A stretch of 64,000 nt of DNA from an uncultured Gammaproteobacteria bacterium (GTDB taxonomy: Bacteria; Patescibacteriota; Patescibacteriia; UBA1558; S5-K13): the NCBI GenBank assembly GCA_964640635.1, contig CAZXFD010000001.1, positions 177,302 to 241,301 on the forward strand, written 5' to 3'. The notes under the pieces were generated by a model. That model was not told the origin of the DNA. It saw only the letters and a program-made list of their open reading frames with translations, and searched no databases. Numbering within the stretch: position 1 is the stretch's first letter; each line of letters starts with the position of its first letter. The translations under genes were made by a program, and so were the position numbers. Below, one piece after another: positions 56,701-64,000 of the stretch.

Positions 56701-57322
56701 TACATCAGGAACAACTCTTTATGCATTGGGTGGTGGTGCTATGACAGGAAACACAATGATCTTAAGAGCTACAAGACCTACAATTACTCTACTTGCTCTT
56801 CCTACAACAACTCTTACAAATGGAACTCAAGTAATATCTAAATTCAAGATTGCAGCTGATGCCACAAATGATATATCATGGGGTAGAATTGAATTTACTT
56901 ATGTAACTTCAACAAATACTTCAATTGATAATACCACAATCAATTTGTATAGAGATGGTAGTGCAACAGGAATATTATCTACTGCAACTAGCTTAGATAA
57001 AGTAAACAAGAGAATTGTAATTACCGCTCCAACTGAACAAACAATTACTAAGGGAACATATGCAACATATGAACTTAAGGGTGATATTTCAGGAACAGGA
57101 ACAGGAGAATCATTCTCAACAAGAATTGGCGGAGGTACTGTAACAGCAGCATCAACACCTACAACTGGTACTTATGCAAACATAGCTACAGCTGAATTGA
57201 GATTTGTATGGTCTGATAGATCAGCAGCTCCTCATACAGCACTTACATCATCTGACTGGTGTGATTCAAACTATGTTAAATCATTACCAACAGATTCTCA
57301 AACATTAAGCACAACATACTAA
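53756..57322 (+). CDS. Giant secreted Thr/Ser/Ala/Gly-rich surface protein (S-layer/adhesin-like, 1188 aa)
   Basis: Signal peptide MNLIKKLFVYAVVFSMVLTMALPAGIAVA. Three N-terminal repeats built around (A)VYYxNGxxKR. Then a long beta-rich, low-Cys body. Strong terminator downstream. Confidence 0.8.
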   Translation: MNLIKKLFVYAVVFSMVLTMALPAGIAVASTSLVAGDLIKANNSAAVYYYNGSERFAFPNATTYFSWYQDFSTVKTITPEELSAVTYNGKLVTVRPGTQLVKIQSDPKVYAVEPGGKLRSIPSEAVAASLFGINWGRLVVDVSDAFWFWYDRTNTTPLSTVHPTGSLVKYANSNNVYYIDGTSKRLVTTAGFTANKFDNDFVLVIPDTVTYTDGTQVTGAEAGLFPITSGTTTAPATLGALTFAMSASNPVSATIISDDASSAQAMIPFIAVNLTASSAGSVKVSKMMFERTGISSDTDLANLYLFDGVTKLTDSGSISNKIVTFNDNDTEGIITIPAGTTKTIMLKGDLTVPTSASKQIGFNLTNVTSNAASTAGSYPVVGNLMVTAQATDLGYATIESLPIPTAASTDVNSNEKDFEAFKVTFQTVNQDMQLEGLRLTQVGSVSNGDLANFRLMVGGTTLATAELNGNNELYFDLSANPYVITKGNSKTFSLLVDVVKGSTRTFYFAIQNASDILMKDKGYNVYTQTFDTGTTWTAYKDADGYYEVLAGTLSTTKDNTSPSGTAVVNATNVKLGTFKFEASGEDVKVKSLDLKIASTGATADSGIQNVKIYYDGVQVGNTKNLTTSTTAVNFSFGSSMVLPAGTPKLVDIYADTKKADGTTLTDGGNIQIKIIAGSDAQGVVSLSTVSVGAVDGNSLTLSTSALSMAKYASFGDNYLTSPASAAKIGSFTMTAGATEGITIDNIYVSGVTSGVLSNLTLKNGTTILATKATLPSSGTTTIGMGANLSLNAGESKVIDIYADVKSGITSYSLTSVVAADGTTKVTNTSAVSTGATLQTMGIAAGSISVANGSAKPDADIVIGGMTTLVNSVEFTALNEAMRVTNLQITSAGTAGSVAAVILEYPKEDGTTGTATGYISGTTATFNNLAMYVPKNGTAVLSIKAQVSSVTQSAANISGYGVKLSIASLTSNTDPSLFSAVGLTSGTTLYALGGGAMTGNTMILRATRPTITLLALPTTTLTNGTQVISKFKIAADATNDISWGRIEFTYVTSTNTSIDNTTINLYRDGSATGILSTATSLDKVNKRIVITAPTEQTITKGTYATYELKGDISGTGTGESFSTRIGGGTVTAASTPTTGTYANIATAELRFVWSDRSAAPHTALTSSDWCDSNYVKSLPTDSQTLSTTY

Positions 57323-57365
57323 TTAATTAGTTATTGACTTAGTGAAAAAGATTTAGTTCTTTTTA

Positions 57366-57397
57366 CCCCCCACCTTATTGGTGGGGGGTTTTGATTT
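57366..57397 (+). terminator. Strong intrinsic terminator
   Basis: CCCCCCACC-ttatt-GGTGGGGGG followed by TTTTGATTT. Confidence 0.85.
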
Positions 57398-57448
57398 AAG
57401 CTTAAAAATTTGCTATATTTATACTTATTAATATATAAAATAAGACTT

Positions 57449-58210
57449 ATGAAATTAAAACAATCAATCAAAGGAGTTATTACAATTTTAGTTTGCATTA
57501 TAATTATTGTAGGAGCTATATTTTTCTACAATGTTTATAAAAACAAGAAAACACAAAATGCGCAACAACCAAGTATATCAATGTCTGAAAAGGATTTTTC
57601 AAATGATTTTGAAAACATACTCAGAAAAGAGATTTCTGAAACTATTCCACCACAAGAAATAAAAGATAGGTTTAATAAGGAAATTGAAATATCAAAGAAG
57701 GCTATAGAAAACAATAAGCCATCTCAAGAAAAATTTAAAGATTTGAGCGAAGATTATGTAATAGTGGGTTTTAATTATCAAATTTTAGGTCAATATAAAG
57801 AAGCAGAAGATTGGTATAAAAAGACTATTGAGAAATGGCCAGATAATTACAAAGCTATTGTAAACTTAGGAGATTTGTATATTTTGATGGGTCAGTATAG
57901 AGAATCTGCAAGTTATTTTTATACTGCTATAAAGGCATATCCAGAAACAGATATTGCATATATGAAATTAGCAGATTTATATAATAAATATGCTAAAAAT
58001 AATAAGGATAATGCAAGTATTATATACGAAGAAGGTGCTAGGGTAGCAAATTATAAGAGAGCTTTATTAAAGGCGTATGCTGGATATTTAGAATTATATA
58101 AAAAAGATTATGAAAAAGCCGTTTCAATATGGAGAGAATATGAGAAGGTGTCTGGAGATAAAGTTGAACAAGAAATTTTAAGACTTCAAGAGGCAATAGA
58201 GTTAAAATAA
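57449..58210 (+). CDS. Membrane-anchored TPR-repeat protein
   Basis: N-terminal TM helix, then TPR-like helices with W/Y/A periodicity (EAEDWYKKTIEKWPDNYKAIVNLGDLY...). Confidence 0.55.
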   Translation: MKLKQSIKGVITILVCIIIIVGAIFFYNVYKNKKTQNAQQPSISMSEKDFSNDFENILRKEISETIPPQEIKDRFNKEIEISKKAIENNKPSQEKFKDLSEDYVIVGFNYQILGQYKEAEDWYKKTIEKWPDNYKAIVNLGDLYILMGQYRESASYFYTAIKAYPETDIAYMKLADLYNKYAKNNKDNASIIYEEGARVANYKRALLKAYAGYLELYKKDYEKAVSIWREYEKVSGDKVEQEILRLQEAIELK

Positions 58211-58211
58211 T

Positions 58212-60401
58212 ATGCTAGAAAATACATTAAAGAAAATAAATTTTTGGGGAATAATTTTAATAATATTTTTGCCATTATTTACAAGTACAGCATTTATATT
58301 CCCATTTATGGCACTCAAGAATCTTCTTTTTAGATTTATTGTTTTACTTATTTCTATTTTTTTTGTTTGGTATTCTATAGGTATAAAAAAAATTAGGTTT
58401 GGTTGGATTTTTTTGAGTTTTATTATATTTTTTATTATTCAAACATTCTCATCTATTTTTGGTGTTAATTTTTATTATAGTTTGTTTGGTAATTTAGAAA
58501 GAATGGATGGATTATTTCATATTTTTTTATTACTTATATTTTTATTAATTCTTATTAATATATTGAAAACGAAGCAAGATTGGCTAAAAGTATTTAGATC
58601 TCTATCTATTTCTACGATATTAATGAGTTTATTTTATTTCCTGGGTTATTATGGAATCAGATTTTCTATTATATCTCTAGATAATTCAGGAACAATTGGA
58701 AACACTGCATTTCTTGGTGTGTATATGGTTTTAGTATTGTTTTTTCTTGCAATAGCTTATGTATATGATGACAGCAAGAAATGGAAGTATTTTTATATTA
58801 TTAATATAATCTTAGGTTTAATAATAGTTTTCATGAATGCTTCAAGAGGATCTATTTTGGGATTAATATTTGGAATATTTATTTTCTTATTATTTTTAAG
58901 TTTTAAATCAAAAAAAATAATAAAGCACATAACGATTATTTTTTTATCTGCAGTTATTTTGTTTGGGGTATTGGTTTTTAGCAATAGAGATAAATCTTGG
59001 GTACAGAATACAAAATTTTTAAATAGATTCGCAAGTATCGCTTCAAAAGATTATAGTTCTCAAGGAAGGTTATTGATTTGGGAAGTTGGATATAAGGCAT
59101 TTTTAGATAGACCAGTTTTTGGATATGGGCCTGAAAATATTTTGTATGGTGTTAATAAATATTTTAATCCACAAATTACAGAAAACTGGTTTGATAGAAT
59201 GCATAATTTTGTATTTGATTATTTAGATTCGTCTGGAATTTTGGGATTGCTGAGTTATTTATTTATGATTTTAGTAACATCTATATATATATTAAAGTAT
59301 TATAAAAAAGATTATTTGTTGGGCTCAGCTTTGTTTGGATTTTTAGCATCTTATTTGGTAATGAATTTTTTTGTTTTTGATACACTTAATTCTTGGATTC
59401 TTGTAATAATGTTTTTAGCCCTTGTTAGTTTTCTATATAAAAATAATAGTAAAATAGATCAGGAAAAAATAATTCCTAAATTGTTAGTTTCAAATGTGAA
59501 TATGGTATTGGGTTTTTCAACAATAGCATCAATATTGTTTATGTATATTTTTGTATTTTTACCAGCACAGGCAAACTCATGTGCTTTATTATCTCTTAAA
59601 GAACTTGGTAAAAATCCAGAAAAAAGCTTAGAATATATAGAAAAAGGAATTGCTTTAAATACCTTTGGAAATCGTGAATTATCAATGCAGTTATCAAAGG
59701 CTTATGTAGAAAATTTGGCCGACAGAAGTGATGTAACTCTTGACATACAAAAACGATTCTTTGAAAGTGCTGAAAAAAATTTACTAGAAATTATTAAAAA
59801 AGACCCAGAGGATGTTAGAACTAGAATGATTTTAGCAGAGCTTTATTTGAAATATTCAGCGCGTAATTCTTTTTATATTGACGAGGCCATTAAGTTAATT
59901 GAAACAACTATTCAATATTCTCCAACAAGAGTTGAGTCATATCCTATGTTGGCAGAGGCCTATCTTATGAAAAGTGACCCCAATAAAGCAATAGATTATT
60001 TAGAAAAAGCATTAGAGATAAATAATACAAGAAGTCAAGATTATCTAAATATAATTAATGTTGCATCGCAACTTAAAAGAAAAGATATAATGGATAAATA
60101 TGTTAATAAATTTTATGAAGGTTTTTATAATATTGATTCAGAGAGTTATAGAAAAATAGGTCAATATTATTTTATGGCAGGATATTTGAGTGATGCAGAG
60201 AGAATTTTAATAGAAAAAGCAATTCCATCAGATCCTGATAATATGAAAAGTTATGTATCACTTGCATCTATTTATGAATATGCAAAACAGTATGATAAAG
60301 CGATTAGCTATTTGGAGGGTGTTATAATAGATCATCCAGACTGGTCTATCACGCTACAAGATTATATTAAGTATTTACAAGACTTAAAAAATAAAAAATA
60401 A
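58212..60401 (+). CDS. O-antigen ligase/Wzy_C-like polytopic membrane protein with a C-terminal TPR domain
   Basis: About 10 TM helices, a large loop with NASRGSILG, then TPR repeats. Paralog of the protein at 60629. Confidence 0.65.
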   Translation: MLENTLKKINFWGIILIIFLPLFTSTAFIFPFMALKNLLFRFIVLLISIFFVWYSIGIKKIRFGWIFLSFIIFFIIQTFSSIFGVNFYYSLFGNLERMDGLFHIFLLLIFLLILINILKTKQDWLKVFRSLSISTILMSLFYFLGYYGIRFSIISLDNSGTIGNTAFLGVYMVLVLFFLAIAYVYDDSKKWKYFYIINIILGLIIVFMNASRGSILGLIFGIFIFLLFLSFKSKKIIKHITIIFLSAVILFGVLVFSNRDKSWVQNTKFLNRFASIASKDYSSQGRLLIWEVGYKAFLDRPVFGYGPENILYGVNKYFNPQITENWFDRMHNFVFDYLDSSGILGLLSYLFMILVTSIYILKYYKKDYLLGSALFGFLASYLVMNFFVFDTLNSWILVIMFLALVSFLYKNNSKIDQEKIIPKLLVSNVNMVLGFSTIASILFMYIFVFLPAQANSCALLSLKELGKNPEKSLEYIEKGIALNTFGNRELSMQLSKAYVENLADRSDVTLDIQKRFFESAEKNLLEIIKKDPEDVRTRMILAELYLKYSARNSFYIDEAIKLIETTIQYSPTRVESYPMLAEAYLMKSDPNKAIDYLEKALEINNTRSQDYLNIINVASQLKRKDIMDKYVNKFYEGFYNIDSESYRKIGQYYFMAGYLSDAERILIEKAIPSDPDNMKSYVSLASIYEYAKQYDKAISYLEGVIIDHPDWSITLQDYIKYLQDLKNKK

Positions 60402-60404
60402 TTT

Positions 60405-60596
60405 ATGTTAGACTCAAATGATATATATAATATAACAGAATCTATTGATAGAAAAATAGAGCAAAGACTTGAAGATTTCCAAGAAAAAGTTATTTCAAAA
60501 GATGATTTATATAAATTAAAAGAAGATATAATGTATAGCGTAAAAGAGGAGTTGAATAATTTTTATGATAAGGTAAAAGAACTTTTAAATAAATAA
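60405..60596 (+). CDS. Small coiled-coil protein (63 aa)
   Basis: Amphipathic helix. N-terminal theme (MLDSNDIYNI..IDRKIEQRL) is shared with the small proteins at 62741 and 63235. Confidence 0.4.
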   Translation: MLDSNDIYNITESIDRKIEQRLEDFQEKVISKDDLYKLKEDIMYSVKEELNNFYDKVKELLNK

Positions 60597-60600
60597 AATA

Positions 60601-60617
60601 ATCTCGTCAGACGAGAT
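60601..60617. repeat. Perfect palindrome ATCTCGTC-a-GACGAGAT, ending 11 nt before the ATG at 60629
   Basis: Seen directly. Confidence 0.7.
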
Positions 60618-60628
60618 AAAATAAAAAA

Positions 60629-62647
60629 ATGTTAGATAAAAATATTAAAAAGTATTTGCAAATATCAATATATTTTCTTATTGTATTTGCTTTTGCATCA
60701 AGTCTTGTGATTTTCAAGACTTGGATTTTTCCATTTATTACATCAAAAGCAATTCCTTTTAGAATTTGTGTTGAATTATTGGGATTTGCTTATGTGATTT
60801 TGATGTTAAATTGTGAAGAATATAGACCAAAAAAGTCTTGGATCACTTATAGTGTTGGTATATTTACTCTTATCGCAATAATCACATCTATATTTGGTAT
60901 TAATCCATATTTGTCTTTTGTCGGGGATTTAGAGCGAATGTGGGGAATAAATAATTGGTTACACTTAATTCTTTTCTTTTTTGTAGTTACGAATTTCTTG
61001 AAAACAAAAAAAGAATGGTTTGTATTTTTTAATTTTATATTAATTTTTGCAACTATAGTTGCAAGTGTTGCATATTTACAAATATGGAAAGTGTTTTCTA
61101 TCATATCTGTAAATCAAGGACTTGAAAGCTTACTAGGTAATATTGCCTATGTTGCTGGATTACTCCTTCTAGGCGTGCTTATATCCCTATACTACTTTAT
61201 AGAAAAAAAAGAATGGTGGTGGAGACTTCTTTATTCTATTCATATCATTATTCAGCTTCCAATATTAATAAAGACTCAAATTAGAGGAGCTCACGTTGCG
61301 CTATATTTATCTATTCTTACATTGTCTTTAATTTTTATTTTTAAGTCTCGTGCAAAAAAAGTAAAAATAGGATTATTAGTCTTTGTATTATTTTTTATTT
61401 CTATTTTTGGAGCAGCCTTTGCAAATAAAGATAAAGATTGGGTTAAGACAAGCCCAATTTTTGGTAAAATGGCAAGCATTTCAGCAAGCACTGGTACGGT
61501 AAGAACAAGACTTATTTCTTGGAATAGTGGTTGGCACGCATTTTTATTAAACCCCGTTCTGGGATATGGAATGGAGAATTATTATTATGCTTTCGATAAA
61601 TTCTTTCCAGGCTCTTATTACAGTGTTTCAGCTGGTGAAACTTGGTTTGATAGAGCACATAATATGGTTGTAGAAACTCTTGTTGCTCACGGAATATTTG
61701 GACTTGTTTCGTATTTGTTGATTTTTGTAATAACACTATTATGTTTATATAAAACATATAAAATAAATAAAGAAAAAAACTTTTTATACTATTTGTTTTT
61801 TTCCTGCATTGTAATAGCATATTTTATACAGAACTTTTTTGTATTTGATTCACTAGCCGTTACATCTGTATTTTTCTTTATCCTAGCTTATATAAATTTT
61901 AGATACACCGAAGAAACAAAACAAGAATATATTTGGAAAAGTGATTTATCAAATATTTTTAAGTGGACGATAGGAATTTTATCGGGAATTGTTTTGTTGT
62001 ATTTTGTTTTTGCTATAAATTTTGTAGAAATGAGTGTTGCAAAACAAAATTATGCAGTCCAGAGATCTATTTATCAAGACAATGATTTTAATAAATCACT
62101 TATAGAAATAAAAAAACTTTATGAGATAAATAGCTATCTAAATAAAGATTCAACTACAATGCTTACAGACACCATTACCACGGCATACACAAGAGCCCAA
62201 GGACAAGAACAAATTCAATCTGTTTTTAATATTATTAATTATCTTATAGATCAATATGATTATTATTTAGGTATCAATAACAAAGAAGCTTACATGCAAA
62301 TGAATTTATCTCGTCTTTATATTGTAAAGTCTAATTTTTTTGCCCCAGGTAGCAAGGATAGTGTCGACGCCTTGCAAATGGCAAAATTAGTAATTCAAAA
62401 ATCAATAGATCTATCTCCAGAGAGACTTCATAACTATTATTTTATGGCAAATATTGAGATGGCGCTTGGTAATACAAACTTAGCAACTGAAAATCTTGAA
62501 AAAGCTATAAAATACAATGATAAATATGGTGAGTCATATTTATTCTTGGGTAATATTTATAAGCAACTTAAAGATTCTAGAGCTGACGAATATATTAAAA
62601 AAGCTATAGAATTAGATCCAGCATTAGCAGCTCGAGTACAAAATTAA
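60629..62647 (+). CDS. O-antigen ligase/Wzy_C-like polytopic membrane protein with a C-terminal TPR domain (paralog)
   Basis: N-terminal region aligns by eye with the protein at 58212 (FPF(I/M)..KA/NL.FR..V.L, G(I/V)N.Y.S..G.LERM.G). C-terminal TPR repeats. Confidence 0.65.
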   Translation: MLDKNIKKYLQISIYFLIVFAFASSLVIFKTWIFPFITSKAIPFRICVELLGFAYVILMLNCEEYRPKKSWITYSVGIFTLIAIITSIFGINPYLSFVGDLERMWGINNWLHLILFFFVVTNFLKTKKEWFVFFNFILIFATIVASVAYLQIWKVFSIISVNQGLESLLGNIAYVAGLLLLGVLISLYYFIEKKEWWWRLLYSIHIIIQLPILIKTQIRGAHVALYLSILTLSLIFIFKSRAKKVKIGLLVFVLFFISIFGAAFANKDKDWVKTSPIFGKMASISASTGTVRTRLISWNSGWHAFLLNPVLGYGMENYYYAFDKFFPGSYYSVSAGETWFDRAHNMVVETLVAHGIFGLVSYLLIFVITLLCLYKTYKINKEKNFLYYLFFSCIVIAYFIQNFFVFDSLAVTSVFFFILAYINFRYTEETKQEYIWKSDLSNIFKWTIGILSGIVLLYFVFAINFVEMSVAKQNYAVQRSIYQDNDFNKSLIEIKKLYEINSYLNKDSTTMLTDTITTAYTRAQGQEQIQSVFNIINYLIDQYDYYLGINNKEAYMQMNLSRLYIVKSNFFAPGSKDSVDALQMAKLVIQKSIDLSPERLHNYYFMANIEMALGNTNLATENLEKAIKYNDKYGESYLFLGNIYKQLKDSRADEYIKKAIELDPALAARVQN

Positions 62648-62710
62648 TTTGACGGCTAAATAATGGTTAATAAGTCGTTTGACGAAATATTTTTGTGATT
62701 ATAAAATAAC
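62641..62710 (+). repeat. Roughly 70-bp promoter-containing repeat, copy A (TTGACG...TTGACGaaatatttttgtgatTATAA)
   Basis: Near-identical to copy B at 63124-63193, with about 5 mismatches. Confidence 0.7.
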
Positions 62711-62740
62711 AATAAATTATTTTTAATAATAAAAATATTT

Positions 62741-63037
62741 ATGAAAAAGAGTGACTTAAATCAAATTGCAGATTTGTTAGATAAAAAGCTAATCAACTTT
62801 GTAGCAAAAAAGGATTTAAAACAGTTTTCTATGAAAAATGATCTGATTGCCGCTGACAATAGGGTTGTTGTATGTGTTAATAGGAATTTTATAAAAAATG
62901 ATAAAGCTCAGAGAGTTATATTTAAAAAATTAGATTGTGCAGAGACTAGATTAGATGGTATTGATATAAAATTAGATAGAATAGATGCGATTTTAGAAGA
63001 TGTGAGCGATGTTCTATTACCAAAGTCTGTTTCATAA
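62741..63037 (+). CDS. Small alpha-helical protein (98 aa), paralog of the protein at 63235
   Basis: MKKSDLNQIADLLDKKL... versus MRKSDLKQFSDLIDERL.... Confidence 0.5.
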   Translation: MKKSDLNQIADLLDKKLINFVAKKDLKQFSMKNDLIAADNRVVVCVNRNFIKNDKAQRVIFKKLDCAETRLDGIDIKLDRIDAILEDVSDVLLPKSVS

Positions 63038-63123
63038 GGTGATTTACTCTATTAGATAAATAAGAAATCAATACTGTGAAGAATAGCTATTAAATTATAT
63101 TCAGTATTAATAGTTTGAATGCA

Positions 63124-63193
63124 AAATTAATTTGACGGCTAAATAATTGTTAATAAACTATTTGACGAAATATTTTTGTGATTATAATATATA
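63124..63193 (+). repeat. Roughly 70-bp promoter-containing repeat, copy B
   Basis: See copy A. Confidence 0.7.
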
Positions 63194-63234
63194 TATATTA
63201 ATAAATTCTAATTAAGGTTTTAAAATAATGTATT

Positions 63235-63696
63235 ATGAGAAAAAGCGATTTAAAACAATTTTCAGATTTAATAGATGAGAGATTGGATTTGAAATTAGAC
63301 CAAAAGCTAGATGAAAAGCTAGCTAATTTTGCTACAAAGGATGATTTTAATGGCGCAAGAGAAGATCTCAAGGGTTTTGCTACAAAAGAGGATTTGAAGC
63401 GGTTTGTCACAAAAGACGATTTAAATGAATCAGAAGAAAAAATAGCACGGTCTATTAATAGCGGCATTAATATTAGTTTAAAAGAATTTGAAGGAAAGAT
63501 GAATATTAAATTTGATGAGATTAATAAGGAATTAATGAAAAGACCTACGAAAGATGAAATTTTTCAAAAATGGGATAACAACATAGATCAAATAAAGTGT
63601 GATGTCGATGGATTGAAATACATGCATAGAGATCAGTGGAAGCAGCTACCAAATAGAGCCACTATAAAAAGCGCTCTCGGCACAAGAAATGCATAA
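63235..63696 (+). CDS. Small alpha-helical protein (153 aa) with internal KDDL/KEDL repeats
   Basis: Repeats of FATKDDFNGAREDLKGFATKEDLKRFVTKDDL. Confidence 0.5.
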   Translation: MRKSDLKQFSDLIDERLDLKLDQKLDEKLANFATKDDFNGAREDLKGFATKEDLKRFVTKDDLNESEEKIARSINSGINISLKEFEGKMNIKFDEINKELMKRPTKDEIFQKWDNNIDQIKCDVDGLKYMHRDQWKQLPNRATIKSALGTRNA

Positions 63697-63717
63697 TATA
63701 TATTTATATAAAAAGAG

Positions 63718-64000
63718 CTATTCTAAATAGTTCTTTTTTATTTTGTCTATGAAGTTCGAAAAGTTAAATTTTTCAAGGCTATTTGGACCATTTTTGATGA
63801 GCTTTGAAGCTAGTTCTTGGTCTGTGAGTAGTAGTTCAATTTTACTGGCTAAATCATTGGAATTTTTGGCTTCAAAAATGACTCCATTTACGTTATTTTC
63901 AACAACTTCGGTCAATGATTCAAGATTGCTAGAAACTATCAAATTTGAGGCATTTAGAGCTTCTAAAAGGGTATATGGTAAGCCTTCTTTAATGGATGAT
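63718..64000 (-). CDS. GT4-family glycosyltransferase, C-terminal part (5' end lies beyond the window)
   Basis: Minus-strand translation ...EGLPYTLLEALNASNLIVSSNLESLTEVVENNVNGVIFEAKNS... shows the GT4 E-x7-E region. The ORF runs off the window edge. Confidence 0.6.
   Translation of the reverse strand, partial: SSIKEGLPYTLLEALNASNLIVSSNLESLTEVVENNVNGVIFEAKNSNDLASKIELLLTDQELASKLIKNGPNSLEKFNFSNFIDKIKKNYLE

Overview
The window is a visibly AT-rich bacterial chromosomal segment with small, tightly packed genes. Many plus-strand genes lack a Shine-Dalgarno and have an incomplete cell-wall and division toolkit. This pattern is most consistent with a reduced-genome Patescibacteria/CPR-like organism, but that is inference from gene content only.

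Syntenic housekeeping blocks:
- ftsB-like gene, tRNA-Thr, ftsE, ftsX, and rpmA on the opposite strand.
- Fe-S cluster assembly genes (IscU-like, Nfu-like, cysteine desulfurase).
- Half of the dcw cluster (mraY-murD-ftsW-murG-murC-murB), then prs, hpf and secA.
- A rplJ-rplL operon with a leader attenuator.
- The other half of the dcw cluster (mraZ-rsmH-ftsL-ftsI-murF).
- A CIRCE-controlled hrcA-grpE-hsp20-(3 unknowns)-dnaK-DUF3467-dnaJ heat-shock operon.

Accessory-looking content:
- A nucleotide house-cleaning cluster: DUF1653, Nudix, a transglutaminase-like protein, a TagD-like cytidylyltransferase with a SEC-C-like tail, MazG-like, and a second Nudix.
- An ECF sigma factor with a Cys-cluster polytopic membrane partner and a Cys-rich secreted mini-protein.
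- A desulforedoxin-like 44-aa gene missed by the ORF track.
- A large surface island (about 50-64 kb): a PDZ membrane protein, an ECF sigma, a DUF5667-like anti-sigma, a 1188-aa Ser/Thr-rich secreted giant protein, a TPR protein, two paralogous Wzy_C/O-antigen-ligase-like TPR proteins, duplicated small coiled-coil genes and a GT4 fragment.

Most unusual sequence-level signals:
- A dispersed family of short GC-rich palindromic hairpins (core CCGCCA-N-GGCGG). Three near-identical 18-bp copies lie within 1.1 kb. Two of them are inserted inside coding sequence as exact 6-codon units. The rest sit 10-15 nt upstream of start codons.
- G-free CTAAA-repeat leaders replacing Shine-Dalgarno on many plus-strand genes.
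- Two apparent frameshifts: IscU/Nfu, and an A_AAA_AAG site at 30303-30309.
- A 524-bp non-coding gap with tandem minus-strand terminators.
- A GC-rich structured leader in front of the giant surface gene.

No CRISPR array, rRNA or obvious transposase was seen.
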